Shown here: piece by piece, positions 17,641 through 46,659 of the stretch
How the letters are laid out: each line of letters begins with the position of its first letter
How positions within the stretch are numbered: position 1 is the stretch's first letter
Origin: the human T2T-CHM13v2.0 reference genome, Homo sapiens
DNA length: 64,000 bases
Direction: 5' to 3' (one strand)
Assembly: GCF_009914755.1 (NCBI RefSeq)
Contig: NC_060941.1
Notes under the pieces: generated by a model
What the model was told of the DNA's origin: nothing
Databases searched by the model: none
What the model saw: the letters and a program-made list of their open reading frames with translations, nothing else
Translations under genes and position numbers: made by a program

Positions 17641-18011
17641 TCAAATCCTGAGTAGTCCCATGTGACGTCCAGCAGAAGCCCCCCCGAGCATCCTTCTGGG
17701 CACTGCCCCATCCCCTTCCAGACGGCCCCACTGGTAGGGTCCTTGGGTAGCCCCTTGTGATTCTCTCTCTGGTCTGCAAGGAACACTCCCATCTCCTTGC
17801 TCTGACACACAAACCTGGGCCTGTAGGGCTCCCGCTCCACCACCCGAATGGCCACAGCCATTTCCTCACCATGGAGATGTTTCTGGGGGAGGCAGACCCC
17901 TGGCCCCCTCACTCACGCATTTCCAGGCTGGGCCAGGTGTCCATGCTTTGCATTTCTCTGCTGCAGGAGACACATTTCAAGGCTCTCTGCAGGGGGTCCC
18001 ATGAGTTCTCC

Positions 18012-19460
<1,449 letters not shown>

Positions 19461-19659
19461 GGAACGCTGTGCTCTTGGAAACTCTCCCTTCTAGGGTTCT
19501 GGGAGAGGGTGAGGGGGCTCAAGAGACCGGGGCGGTTCTCCTTCATCCTGCTGTAAATCCTGCACCTGACAGGGCAGGGTCCCTGGTATCTATAGCATCA
19601 TCTCTCCAGCCAAAACTCAGCCCTGCTCTAACAGCCTGAGACAGTGCCCTTTCTAAATA

Positions 19660-19850
19660 CAGTGCTGTGATATGATGGCAACTCACATGTATCAAGCATT
19701 CACTGCAACAAACACTTTGAGGGATTAGCTCGCAGAACCCTCACAGCCCTAGGAGCTAGACACTGCGTGCAGGAGAGGTAACTGACCCAAAGAATGCCTG
19801 GCCTCTGACCTGGTTACCGCGGAGGAGGGTGATCTCTAGGCCACACCATG
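19660..19850 (-). mobile_element. MIR fragment
   Basis: AACCCTCACAGCCCTAGGAG...GGTAACTGACCCAAAG. Confidence 0.5.
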
Positions 19851-19854
19851 TCCC

Positions 19855-22235
<2,381 letters not shown>

Positions 22236-22266
22236 TACCCAACAAAACAAAACAAGATAAAACAAG

Positions 22267-22588
22267 GGCAGGCATGGTGGCTCATGCCTGTAATCCCAGC
22301 GCTTTGGGAGGCAGAGATGGGAAGATCCCTTGAGTCCAGGAGTTTGAGACCAGCCTGGGCAACATAGCAAAACCCTGAGACCCCCATCTCTACAGAAAAT
22401 ATAAGATTTGGCCAGGCGTGGTGGCATGCACCTGTGGTCCTGGCTACTTGGGAGGCTGAAGCGGGAGGATATTTTGAGCCTGGGAGGTAGAGGCTGCAGT
22501 GAGCCATGGTCCTGCCACTGCATTCCAGGCTGGCCAATGCAGCGAGATCCTGTCTCAAACAAAACAAAGCAAAACAAAAAAACACAAG
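22267..22588 (+). mobile_element. AluJ
   Basis: J diagnostics (TTGAGTCCAGGAGTTTGAG, GAGGCTGCAGTGAGCCATG). Confidence 0.95.
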
Positions 22589-23269
22589 AACCCTCCCCAA
22601 CAAGAAACCTAACCCTCTATCCATGGGCCACAGCGATCCCAAGGAGCGTGTCCTACAAGTGTAGACCGAACCCCGGGAGAAGGAGAGGGGAACAGGGCTC
22701 TGGACCTGCGGGGCGGGGTTTCCTCCATATTGCCTCCCTTACGATGCAGTGATGAGGATCTTTATAGGTCTTTTGGGGGTGACCGCCGTCCACACCCCAC
22801 CCCCTCCAAAACCCAGTATCAGTTCTCAGAGATGGGCTAGATCAGTGATGGCAGAAGGGGTGTGAAGTATTGCTCAGATGGATCCCTGCCTGACATTATT
22901 AGAAGGAGCAGTGCCCCCCACCCTCATCGGCACACTGGGTTTGGCCTCAGGCTGTTCCCTGAGGCTGGCACAGAACCCTGGGGCAGCCCTGGCCTCGGTG
23001 CTTCCTGGGGAGCAGATCCCATTACTAAGGAGACCACCCACACTGTATGTCCTTTGCTTCCAGAATTGCACCCAGGCTGACTCTCCACCCGCAGCAGCAT
23101 TCTCGCCACCCCCAGGGTCCATAGTTCAGTTACACAAGGAGCTTAGGCTTTATCCTATCCCAAACTGTGCCCTGGCCTGGTTGGCTGCGGAAGAACAAAG
23201 ACGGGAACGTAATGAGTCACCATGCCATCACTCTCCCGGAGACCTCCCAGGTGGGGGACGCCTGACTTG

Positions 23270-23560
23270 GGTTCATTCATTCATTCGGCAAATATTTATC
23301 AAATGCTTACGATGTATCTCGCCCTATTCGAGGCCCTGGAGACAGAGCAGTGACCAAAGAGATTAATAATCTCTTTTGAGAAGCCGACATCCTAGTGGGA
23401 GAAAATAGACAGTAAACCTAGTGAGTGAATCATACAATACAACGGTCCTCAGCCCTGGTGCCCAGCACCCCACTGACGGCAGGCCCTTTCCAGGCAAGCT
23501 GCCAAGTGCTGGCCCCTGTAACGTGTTCAGCTGAGGATGCATCCCAGGCCAGGAATATGG
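23270..23560 (-). mobile_element. L2 3' end
   Basis: (TTCA)n then GCAAATATTTATCAAATGCTTAC...GAGACAGAGCAGTGACCAAA. Confidence 0.8.
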
Positions 23561-23604
23561 GTGCAAGAGAGTGGGGTGTAGGGTCGGGAGATGCACAGAG
23601 GAGG

Positions 23605-23799
23605 GGTGGCTGGTTTCCAAAAATGGCCCCAGCAATATTTCCATGTCTGCATGCTTTTCCTTCAGGAGCTGGTGTCTATTTCCCCTCCCCTTCAACCTGG
23701 TTGGGCTGGTGACTGTCTGACAAACCGAATGAGGTTGAAATGATGCTGTGTGACTTCGAGTCTACTTTATGAAAGGCCTTTCACTTGGCTGTCTCTCTC

Positions 23800-23800
<1 letters not shown>
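23605..23800 (+). mobile_element. MLT1 (E/F/G-like) 5' fragment
   Basis: CAAAAATGGCCCC...GTCTATTTCCCCTCCCCTTCAACCTGG...GATGCTGTGTGACTTC. Confidence 0.7.

Positions 23801-23801
<1 letters not shown>

Positions 23802-23832
<31 letters not shown>
23802..23832 (+). repeat. (TG)n microsatellite
   Basis: About 15 TG units. Confidence 0.95.
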
Positions 23833-24460
<628 letters not shown>

Positions 24461-24497
24461 CCAGCTCACTCTCTCTTGCCACCCACGTATGGAGTCA

Positions 24498-25894
<1,397 letters not shown>

Positions 25895-25915
25895 GGCTAC
25901 CTTAAAGTACCATAA

Positions 25916-26908
<993 letters not shown>

Positions 26909-27489
26909 TTACAATTTTAAGAACTAGAATATGAGCTGTAGGTTTGGGCTCCCTAGGACAATGTAGAGACCATTTGACTTTCTATGACTTTCAGAAGCAG
27001 CCTGGACACCCCTTCCCCTCACCCGACCCCAACAGAAACCCCTCAGCTCTGAACTGCAATCTGCTGCTGGCTCTGTGTCATCTTAGCTTGGCGTCTGGCT
27101 GGAGATCAGAAACGCCACCGTGCTAGGGAAGGCTGCAAATCTGAATTTACATATAGATTTCCCAGGGCAGGTAGTTTCCTAGCTTTTCCCTGATGAAGGT
27201 GAGGTTGTTCTTGATTTTCTGATTATCCAGAGGCTGGGTTGATTGTGCAGGTTTTTGCAGAGTAGCTTTCTGGGTTCGGGGATGGTTGTAAGGCGAGAAT
27301 TTAACAATGGAAGTTGCTAAATTTGTGGAGGGGTCTCAGATGCACTTACTGGAGATTCCTCTCAGAAGTCCGTGCTGCAGAGTCAAAATACTCCCTCTGA
27401 GGAGCAGGGAAGAAAGCAAACTTGCAATTCCTTCCCTTCAGTGTTTTGGAACCACACCAATTTGTACGATCAGCATTCTCTGCCCCTTC

Positions 27490-27838
27490 CCCTTTATTTA
27501 TTTATTTGTTTGCTTATTTATATATTTTTTTATTTTTATTTTTTTTGAGATGGAGTCTTGCTCTGTTGTCCAAGCTGGAGTACATTGGTGCGTATGAGCT
27601 CACTGCAACCAGCGATCTGCAATCGCTTCCCAGATTCAAGCAATTCTCCTGCCTCAGCCTCCCCAGTAGCTGGGATTACAGGCACACGCTCCCACTCCAG
27701 GCTAATTTTTGTACCTTTAGTAGAGACAGAGTTTCACCATGTTGGCCAGGCTGGTCTCGAATTCCTGACCTCAAGTGATCCGCCCGCCTCAGCCTCCCAA
27801 AGTGCTGGGATTACAGGCGTGAGCCACTGCGCCTGGCC
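27490..27838 (-). mobile_element. AluS with (TTTA)n tail
   Basis: TSD CTTCCCCTTT on both sides. Confidence 0.9.
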
Positions 27839-27889
27839 CTTCCCCTTTGATTTCCTAACTTATTCCCTCCTCTGGCTAATTTTGCATTC

Positions 27890-28385
27890 CCCTTCAGAGG
27901 CTGAGCTGGCCAGCTTAATGAGCCTCCCCGACTTGCCATCAGATAGATGGTGCACCATTAGCTGCCTGTTTAACAACCATATTTCTTCTTCTCGATGAGG
28001 GCTCAATATCTCACACATGAAATATTGCTTGGAGAGCCCCCAGTCCAGGACTTGAAGCACCGAGCAATTACTCAGCCGTGATTCCGGAGCGGTGGCAGCT
28101 TGGTGACAGCCGCCTCTTCTGTCTCCTCTGGTTGATTGGCGACCGGAAGCAGGCAGGCTTCCATTTTACCAGAGATTGATGGCTTCTCCCAACTGCCAGT
28201 GGCTCTCTGCGAAGCTCCCCCTCCAGCGTCCTCTTTCTGTCCTGACATCTAGAGCTGTGGGGCTCAGTGCACTGCCCGTGGGGGCCCACATGGCCTGCAG
28301 GCCGGACCCCTGCCGGGGGCAGGTGACTCCCAGGTGCTGACCTATGGCAACCACAGTTGTGATTCCCATGAGGTCATGTGACAGC
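27890..28385. promoter_or_regulatory. Candidate enhancer (unique, CpG-retaining)
   Basis: ATTGG 28135 next to ETS ACCGGAAG 28142; TAAT cores; RFX half-site ATGGCAAC. Confidence 0.3.
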
Positions 28386-28397
28386 TGAAAAGAGATA

Positions 28398-28756
<359 letters not shown>

Positions 28757-28989
28757 TCAGATCACACACTCTCCCATCCCCTGGGCTGTTAATGTAAGTA
28801 AGCCCTTCTCTGATCCCAAAGCTGGTCTCTCCAAATTCATCCGTGTAGAAACTGCCCCTGAGGCCCCGCAGCCCCATTCTTTCATCATTGTTCAGTCTCC
28901 CTCTCTCTTTCTGGCCTTGCCCTTCCCTCTGGTCTCCTCTCTATAAGGGCTCTTCGAATGATGTTTGTGTTTTTGTTCCACCAAGTAAG

Positions 28990-29597
<608 letters not shown>

Positions 29598-30200
29598 CAC
29601 ACAGACAAACAGAACCAGGTGAACCCAGGTGACTGGAGGGGAAGAAGAGCTTCCAATCACCACGCAGACCAAGTGGACCTGGGCTTTTCTCCTTCTTCAA
29701 ACACAAAGAGGAAAGAACAACAACAAAAAAACAACTACTCAAAACAAATACTCAAAAGAAGGAAAGATAAATCCTCAGGATGGGAAGTAGAGTTCCAGGT
29801 CACAGCAGGACAGCAGAGACTGGCAATCCTCAAGGTTTCGGGTGGGACTGAGGTTCCACGGTGGGAACAGGAGGTAACATTTGGAGCTTACTTGAGGTAA
29901 TGTGGTGGGAATGGAGCCCCAGTTCAAAGCCTGGAGCTGTAGATTGCTGCCCTTAAGATGGTGAAAAGGGGAGTAGAAAAACTTCGCCTTTTGGACCGGG
30001 GACTTGGGGCTTTGGATAGCAAAAAAGAAGCCAGTTGTCAGATATCAAAACCCAAATCCTGTGCCAAAAATTGGGGCAGAGTGTGATTTTATACTATGTG
30101 AGAGCTCAGGAGGTCTGAGTCAAGAAAATAATATCAAAACTGGTCCAGAACCGTTGACATACGTGAGCCTTGGCAGAAGCAAAGATGAAAGTGCCCTTCA

Positions 30201-30660
<460 letters not shown>

Positions 30661-31162
30661 ACAAAAGGGGAATTGGCGCACCAATAACTGAATATTTTTT
30701 CTTTCCACATGTGACAAGGCAGACATGCCTTTGAAATGTGTTTAAAATGACATGAGAAGAAAAAGAAGGAATCAAAATCATAAAGAAAAAACATTTTGAA
30801 AATAGAGTAAGCAGACCTGGAAACTAATCAAATAGATCTAGATGTAAAAAATATTTTCATTGAAATTATAAATTAAATTTCTGAGATAAATAGCAGAGAA
30901 GAGCACATCGAAGAGAGAATTACAGAAATAGAAGATAAATAAAAGGAAATCATCTAAAATGTAGCACAGAGATATAAAGAGATGAAAAGTATGAAAATAT
31001 GAAAGCACAATAAGGAAATGTGGAAGACAGAATGAGTAGGTTGAGCATGTGTTTTATAGATTTAGAAGAGATTAAAGACAACGTGAGGTGGGGAGAGGCA
31101 AATTCAAAATGCAAAATGACAGGATTTTTCCATAACTGAAGGAACAAGTCATCAAAGTATCA

Positions 31163-31682
<520 letters not shown>

Positions 31683-31976
31683 TTAATATCTTCAAAGCAC
31701 TGAAGAAGTGTATCTGTTAACCTAGAATTATATGCCCAGCTAAACTATCATCCAAAAGGGAGGGCTAAAATGGAGACATTTTCAGACAAAGGCAGAGAAT
31801 TTACCATTCATGGATCCTCACTGAATGAACTATTAAGAAGTTTGCTTCCCTTGGAGTGGAAATTAAATCCAGGAGAATTTAAATGATAGTTAACCTAACA
31901 AGCATTGCTATAAATAATACTAATATTAATAATGATCATGACAATTAGCCCAGAAGATTAAAAACAAAGTGAAATT

Positions 31977-32200
31977 GGCCGGGTATGGTGGCTTATGCCT
32001 GTAATCCAAGCACTTTGGGAGGCTGAGGCAGGAGGATCACTTGAACTCAGGAGTTTGAAACCAGCCTAGGCAACATAGTGAGGGTTCATCTCTACAAAAA
32101 GAAAAAAGAAGAAAAGAAAAAGAAAAAAGACTATAGACCCTCAAAGTCTAAAATATTTACTAACTGGCCCTTTACAGCAAGTTTGCAGACTACTAGTTCA
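31977..32200 (+). mobile_element. FLAM-like Alu monomer followed by MER58 fragment
   Basis: Left monomer with A tail; then CTAAAATATTTACTAACTGGCCCTTTACAGCAAGTTTGC. Confidence 0.8.
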
Positions 32201-32339
32201 GAATAAAGTTCCTGGGCAGTCCGTACCACATGGGGGCAGTATAGCCTCATTACAACATCAAGATTCAGGGGACGAATAAAATGTGATAATTGACTACAAA
32301 ACTGGAAGAAAAAAAGTAAAAATAAAATATTAGCCAATA

Positions 32340-33071
<732 letters not shown>

Positions 33072-33449
33072 ATCAAAAGTTTAAAGATACAACTAAACCC
33101 GAACAACACAGAAAGATTAAAAATAAAAGTTGAAAGAAATATGTATACAACAGAAAGCTGGTATAGCAATATTAATACCAGACAAATGAGTCATTAAGAT
33201 AAAAAGCAAGTTGCTAGTCAATTATAAAATAAATAATTCTTCAAGAACTGTACTAATCCTGAGCCTCTGCGCATCTAACCATTTGGTCTCAACTATAGAA
33301 ACAAAACTGAAGGAGAAACCACCTTGCAATTATAGTGGAAAATTTTAACATCTTTGTTACAAAACTGTAGCTTAAATTAGTAGGAATATAGAAGATTTAA
33401 ACCACACAACTAACAAGCTTGATTTAGACATACATAGAAACTAAATATT

Positions 33450-33745
33450 CTTTTTTTTTTTTTCTTTAAGCAGGGCCTTGCTCTGTCACCCAGGGTGGAA
33501 TGCAGTGGCTCAATCATGGCTTACTGCAGCCTCGACCTCCTGGACTCGAGCAATTCTCCCCACTCAGCCTCCTGAGTAGCTGGAACCATAGGCATGTGCT
33601 ACCACACCCGGCTGTTTTATTTTATTTTATAGAGACAAAGTTTTGCTATGTTGCCCAGGCTGGTCTCAAACTCCTGGGCTCAAGCAGTCCTCCAGCCTCG
33701 GCCTCCCAGTGTTGAGATTATAGGCATGAACTGCTGCACCCTTCG
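33450..33745 (-). mobile_element. AluJ
   Basis: TSD AACTAAATATTCTTTT. Confidence 0.9.
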
Positions 33746-34026
33746 GAACTAAATATTCTTTTCAAACACACGCCTGACACTGAAAACAATTAGATATTAG
33801 GCTACAAAAGAAATTTCAATAAACACCAGAGAACTGATATACAGACTACCTCTTCTGATGCTAAATAATAAAATGAGAAATCTCAAATACTTGGAAGCTA
33901 AAAAGCATACTTCTAAATAATCCAAAAGATAAATCATAATACAAGTATCAAACATTTAGAAGTAAATGGCAGTGAAAGAATGGCGTACCCTCGCGTGGGA
34001 TACAGCTAAAGGCGATAAGAATAATG

Positions 34027-34480
<454 letters not shown>

Positions 34481-35558
34481 CATTCAGTAGCAAGTAATAG
34501 TGAAAATTAATAAGGCAAGCATTCAACACAGAAAAATGAGAAAAAATACCCCCAAAATAAAAAAAGAATGGAAGGAAAAAAAAATAATAAAGATAAAGAC
34601 AAAAATGTATGAAACAGAAAATGTACAAAAGATAGAATTAACAAATGTAAAGTTAATTCTTCAAGAAGACAAAGTAGAAGAACTTTTGGAAATAAAGATT
34701 ATGAAAAAAGGGAAATCACATATAAATATCATGAATACAAAGGAAGGAATATACAGCAGAATTCTTTAGAAAAACAAAAACAGGACTATTAAAAAAATTT
34801 GTGGCAAAAAATTTTAAAACAGATGAAATAGAAAAATGCATAGAAAAGTAGAAATTATCAACACTATCTTAAAAAAGTAGCAGAAAATCTGTAAGCATTC
34901 AAACATTAAATCAGTAGTCACAAACCCATTTGCAACAAAAGTACCAAGTCAGACAGCATTACAGATGAGTCTTACCCAATCTTTAAGGAGCAAATAACTC
35001 CTATCACATACAAATTGTTCCATAGAAGTTTCTTGGGATAGGGGCAGGAGGGGCTCCCTAACTGCTTTTAAAAGGGTGACATAAATTAATGCCAGAAGCA
35101 GGCAAGAATGATGCCTGCAAGAGAAATATGAACACAGACACACAAATCTCAAATCAAAATTAGCAAAGCAAATCAGGCAATCTGGACATAAACACTTCAT
35201 TATGAACATGAAGACTTTAACTCAGGAATTTAAAGACAGTCGAACACTAAAATATCTGCTAAAGAAATCCACCACATTGAAACATTAAAGGAGAAAGTCC
35301 ATATGCTCATCCTATTAGATGCAAAAAGGGTGTTTAATAAAATGTAATACCCAGTTGTGATTTTTAAAAATTCTCAGCAAACAAGAATAGATAGAAACGT
35401 TCTTAAACCAATATGAAACATCTACCAAAACCCTACCAAAAAAAAAGCATCATAATGTACCCCCCACATGTGTACCACTATTATATATTTTAAAAGTTAG
35501 TTTCAATGTAGAATTTGAAACAAATCAATAAACTTTTTAAATTCTGTCACATTCTTTA

Positions 35559-36720
<1,162 letters not shown>

Positions 36721-37022
36721 AAATAAAGTTTTTAATAAAGCTATTTAAAAAAAAAACTGAAATGGATATTTCTTTTTCACATGAGTATCTGGAGGTGGCC
36801 CGGGGCTGGCACTTGATCTTCATGAGATCATGCAGAGACCTAGACTGCATGTGTCATAAAACAATACAATAGATCTATCGTGCAGACCTGCCCTCATCCT
36901 ATGGTCCACTATCCATCATGGTCCGTCTAGGTCTCCATGTATCATGGAGTGCTGCCCTCATCCTATAGTCCACCATGGCCTGCCACCATGCCCCATTCCT
37001 GGCAGTGGAGTGGAGAAAGTGA

Positions 37023-37998
<976 letters not shown>

Positions 37999-38156
37999 CT
38001 TCCGTTAAGGACACATTCTGAAAGCTGCGCACAACAGTCCCCCACGCTCTCTTGACAGTACATGACTTCTGTGGTCATCTTAGCCACAGGGAAGTGGGAA
38101 AGTATAGTCTTTAAACTAGGCAGTCATATGTCCAGCTAAAAATGGGAATTTCTATT

Positions 38157-39696
38157 TGTGGCATAATAAAAAATATATATTTGGTCTCTGTGCACAGTTC
38201 CAGGCACAGAGCTCCTGAAACCGTTAGAATTTCCTGAGTGATAGGAGTATCTTTTTTTATTCAAATGACTCCCATTGACCACACCTGAGTTTATGCTAAT
38301 GAGGTAGTTCCTGATGGGGTCCCAAATGACTTCAGGATGGGGGCTAGTCACCAGAGAGACCACGTACATGGTTAGGGGGATGGACTTTTCAGCCCCAAAC
38401 CCTACCTCTGTGGCAGGGAGAGGGGACTGGAGACTGAGTGTGTTCACCAATAACCAATGATTTAATCAATTATGCCTGCAAAAATGGAACTTTGATAAAA
38501 ACTCTTTTTTTTTCTGTAGAGACAGTCTCATTTTATCACTCAGGCTGGAGTGTAGTGGCAACATCATAGCTCACTGCAGCCTTCACCTCCTGGGCTCAAG
38601 TCCTCTTCTGCTTCAGTCTCCCAAGTAGCTGGGACTGCAGGTGTGCACCATCATCCTGGCTAATTTTTTTTTTTTTTTTTTTTTTGTAGAGTTGGGTCTT
38701 GTCATCTTGCCCAGGATGGTCTCAAACTCCTAGGCCCAAGGGATCCTCCCACCTAGGCTCCCAAAACTGCTAGGATTATAGGCATGAGCCACCATAGCCA
38801 GCCTGATAAAAATTCTTGAATAGCAGGGCTCATGGAGCTTTGAGGTTGATACATCAAGGTGCTGAAGCGTGACAAACCCAGAAAGGTCATGGCAGCTCTG
38901 CTCCCCTCTCCCTCCCAAACCTTGCCCTACGCATGACTTCCATTTGTCTGTTTTTGAAATGTACCTTTATAGTAAAGCTGTTATCATAAATAGAGCACTT
39001 TCTTCTGAGTCCTGAGTCATTCTAGAGAATTATTCAACCATGGGTAGGAGTCATGGGAACCAAATTTGTAGCCAACAAGCAGAAGTACAGGTAGTCTGGG
39101 GCCATTTGCAGCTGGTGTCTGGTGGGGGCAATCTTGTGGGACTAGGCCATTAACTTGTAGGATCTGTTCTATCTCCAAGTAGTAGTTAGTGTCAGAATTG
39201 AATTGAATTGCTGGACATTGCAGTGAACTGAATGTTTGTGTCCCCCCAAAATCACATGTTGAAATTCTAAGCCCCAAAGTGATGCTATTAGGAGGGCCTT
39301 TTGGGAGGTGATTAGGTCAAGGGCAGAACCCTCATGAATGGGGTTAGTGTGCTTACAAAAGAGTCCTAAATGACCCCGCATCCTTTCTACCGTGTGAGGA
39401 CACAGCAGGAAGATGAACTAGGAAGCGGGCCCTTACCAGACACTGAATCTGCCAGAGCCTTGATCTTGGACTTCCCAGCTTCCAGAACTGTGAGAAATAA
39501 GTTCCTGTTGTTTATAAGCCACAAAGTCTATGGTGTCTTGTTACAGCAGCCCAACCGGCCCAAGACAGGCACTCAGTTGGGGCTGGAGAAGGAGATAATT
39601 GGTTGGTGTTGAAACGACACATTTGTTGTTGGAAAAGACATCACACATTTGGTGTCAGAGGAAAAAAGAACATATTTAGTGGCAGAAAACATCAGA
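38157..39696 (+). mobile_element. MER21 (A/B-like) LTR containing AluJ (38505-38803) and MLT1A
   Basis: GGCACAGAGCTCCTGAAACC...CACACCTGAGTTTATGCTAATGAGGT...GTCAGAATTGAATTGAATTG...CACACATTTGGTGTCAGA; TSD CTATT. Confidence 0.85.
39219..39567 (+). mobile_element. MLT1A solo LTR
   Basis: CTGAATGTTTGTGTCCCCCCAAAATCACATGTTGAAATTCTAA...CCAGAACTGTGAGAAATAA...AAGACA. Confidence 0.9.
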
Positions 39697-40142
39697 CTAT
39701 TACTGTAGAGGAGGGGAGAATGGATAATAGGGGACAACTAAGAATCTCTGCCATGTGACTGTAGAGGACTAAAAAAGGAGAATAAAAGTCGCTATTCAAA
39801 GCCAAAAATAATTTACAAACTATTAAACCATATAAAAGGTCAGCAAGATTGTTGGATACAAGAATACTACACAAAAATCAGGAATGTTTCTCTATATAAA
39901 CACTCACCAATTAGAAAGTAAAATTAAAGAGAAAAGGAAATTCCACTCATAATGGCTACAATATTATAAGGTACCTGGGAATAAACCCAGTGAAAACACT
40001 GAAACACTGCAAATTGTATTTAAAGTTTTTTCTAAATAAATGGAGGAATATACCATATTTATACTTGAGAAGACTGAATATCCTAAAGATGTCAATTCTC
40101 CCCAGATTAATCCATGAATTCGGTATAGTTTTATTCAAAATC

Positions 40143-40445
<303 letters not shown>

Positions 40446-40494
40446 TGGACAAGAATTTTTGAGGGTACTTTTCAACTTAGTACAGGGAGAAAGG

Positions 40495-41020
40495 TGGCCT
40501 TTCTGGTTCATAGATGTCCTCACTTTGTCCTCACACAGTAGAAGGAAAGAGGGAGCTCTCTGGGCCTTTTTTTTTTTTTTTTTTTTGAGACAGGGTCTTG
40601 CTTGATTGCAGAGGCTGGAGTGCAGTAGTGCGAACACAGCTCACTGCAGCCTCAACCTCCCAAGCTCAAGGAATCCTCCTGCCTCAGCCTCCTGAGTAAC
40701 CTGGACTACAGGTGTGCACCACCATGCCTGGCTAATTTTTTTTTTGTAGAGATGGGTTTTCACCATGTTGCCCAGGATGGTCTTGAACTCACGGGCTGAA
40801 GTGATCTTCCCACCTTGGCCTCCCAAAGTTGTGGGTTTACAAGCATGAATCACCATGCCCAGCCTCTGGGGCCTCTTTGTAAGGGCACTAATCCCATTCA
40901 TGACGGCTGTGCCGAATGACCTAATCACCTCCTAAAGGCCCCACCTCCGAATAACATCACGTTGGGGATTAGGTTTCAGCATAGGAGTTTGGGGGGTATG
41001 AAAACATTCAGTCCCTGACG
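40495..41020 (-). mobile_element. MLT1A-like LTR with inserted AluJ (40567-40864)
   Basis: AAGGGCACTAATCCCATTCATGA...ACCTAATCACCTCCTAAAGGCCCCACCTC...ACATTCAG. Confidence 0.85.
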
Positions 41021-41739
41021 TTAACCTGACGGCTGCTGGCTCCCGCAATGCAGTGGGGGTGCTGAATACCAAAGGGCAGCGGATCTCGCACTGCCGGGTG
41101 TTTCCATCATCAATGCCCAACAGGCTGCTCCAGAAGCATGTTCTGCGGTTGACTTTCCTAGCTGCCTTGTGAAATCAGCAGCCTCAGCACAGCTCCATGG
41201 GTCACTCCAGGCCCCCTGCAGCCACTGTTCCTTCCTGTTGCTCCCATCTGCCCCAGGCAGCCCAGAGCAGACACTGGAAATCTTGGGGCCTGCAGGTGGG
41301 CTGAGCACCTGGCCCCCTCAGGCTGCCCCTTGAGGGGAACATGTCAGTTGAACCCAGGAGGCCTAGGCGTCTAACAAAGTGGGATGCCTCAAGGCTCAGA
41401 CCCTGGCTCTGCCACCTTTTGCTATGAGGCCCGGGCCAGTTACTCAACCTCCACAAAGCCCCAGCTCCTCAAATGTAAAAAGGTGGGAGTGATGCTTTTT
41501 GCAGGGTGGTGCAAATTGCATGTGTGTGAATGTCCCTTGCTGAAGCTCCCGGGCAGGAGCCTGGCCTCCTTGTTCGTGGCTGTATTATTGAAGACAGGGC
41601 CTGGATTTCAGCAAGCACTCAATGCCAAGGGAACAAATGAACAATAATAATTGCATGAAGAATAACTGAAAAAGTAATGAGTGAAAGAGTGGGGTACTAT
41701 TAATAAATAATGAATGAATGAATGAATGAATAATAAATG

Positions 41740-45100
<3,361 letters not shown>

Positions 45101-45964
45101 CGTGGTCTAATGAGCACTAAAATTGCCTATGCTTCCTACAGGGATAGGAAATGTGGATGGTGGCAGTGGGCAAGGAGGAAGGGAAGAAGGGGACCTTTGC
45201 CCCAAGGAGTGGAGCCAGTTTCAGGCCATCAGCACCAGAGGCAAGGTTCAAACTGTGAACACTTTTGTATCCCTGGTACCTGGAGCCATCGGTGGCTCAT
45301 AGAAGTCTGTGAAAGGATGAAGACAAATATTGGAGCCTACTAGCAATTTGCCTGGAGAGACTAGCGCTTTCCACAAAGTCCTACACCTGGAGAGAGGTTG
45401 GTGTCATCTGTGTGCTTCCCAGGTAATCTCTGAAGAGGGAACAGGAAGAGTAGGTGGTCCCCGTAAGTGGTTGGCAGCTTTCATCTTCCAAAAGCCACCC
45501 CAATTTAGACTAACTGGGTAGAGCTCTATCTGACAAAGGCAAGAGGCTGAATTATAGACTGTTGGATGATTTTTAAGAGAACTTTAAAAATACCCACAGC
45601 AACATAGCTAACAAAATAGAATTTGCCTAGTCAAATTTCTTGCTGCCTTCTGGAATGCATGCAAAGAGAAAATTTGCAATCAGCATTTTCATCATGTATG
45701 AATGAAATGCTTGAGGGTGATGGAAAAGTTGGTGCTTATTCCCCCAGAACCCGACACACCAGACCAAACCCGACCACATGCCTGTCTCTCCCTGGAAATG
45801 GCCTTCCTGTTTCCACCAGGCAGCTCCTAGCTATGCTCCTTGACCCATTGCTGCTTTCACATCTTCCCCAGCCCTCCATCAGATGTGCTTCCCCTCTCCT
45901 CTGAACTCCCACAGAACACAATTTATAGCCCCTTCTGCCAGAGATTTCATGTTGCCTTGTAAAA

Positions 45965-46120
45965 GTAAGAATAAGAACTCCCCTTTACTGAGCACTTACT
46001 ATGCACCAAGCACTTTGCCCACATTGTCTCTTTCAATCCTCACATCAACTTAGTGTGGATCGTTATTACCCTGATCTAACAGAGGCAGACGCTAAGAATT
46101 AGAGAGATTAGTCACTTATT
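45965..46120 (-). mobile_element. MIR
   Basis: TTTACTGAGCACTTACTATGCACCAAGCACT...AATCCTCACATCAAC. Confidence 0.8.
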
Positions 46121-46128
46121 ATGGATGG

Positions 46129-46505
46129 TGTATTAGTCCATTCTCACGCTGCTATGAAGAACTACCTGACACTGGGTAATTTATGAAGGAAAGAGGTTTA
46201 ATTGACTCACAGTTCTGCACTGCTGGGGAGGCCTCAGGAAATTTACAATCATGGCGGAAGGCAAAGGAGAAGCAGGCACCTTCTTCACAGGGCGGCGGGA
46301 CAGAGTGAGCACAAGCAGGGGGAATGCCAGACACTTACAAAACCATTAGATCTCGTGAGATTCACTCACTCTCAGGAGCATAGCATGGGGGAACCACCCC
46401 CATGATCCAATGACCTCCACCTGGCCCTGCCCTTCACACGTGGGGATAATGGGGATTACAATTCGAGGTGAGATTTGGGTGGGGACACAGAGCCAAACTA
46501 TATCA
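46129..46505 (-). mobile_element. THE1D/MSTA-like solo LTR
   Basis: TGTATTAGTCCATTCTCACGCTGCTATG...GAGCCAAACTATATCA; perfect TSD GATGG. Confidence 0.92.
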
Positions 46506-46659
46506 GATGGTTTCAAAGAAACTACCCAACTAGGCTTCTCTGATTTTTCTCAACTTCTACATGCGTAATATATGAATTAAAGAGGGTACATTGATTTGGG
46601 GAAAGGGAAGAGCAAGCTGCCTTTTATAGGCTGTTTCGACATAGACAGGTATTGTGTTA

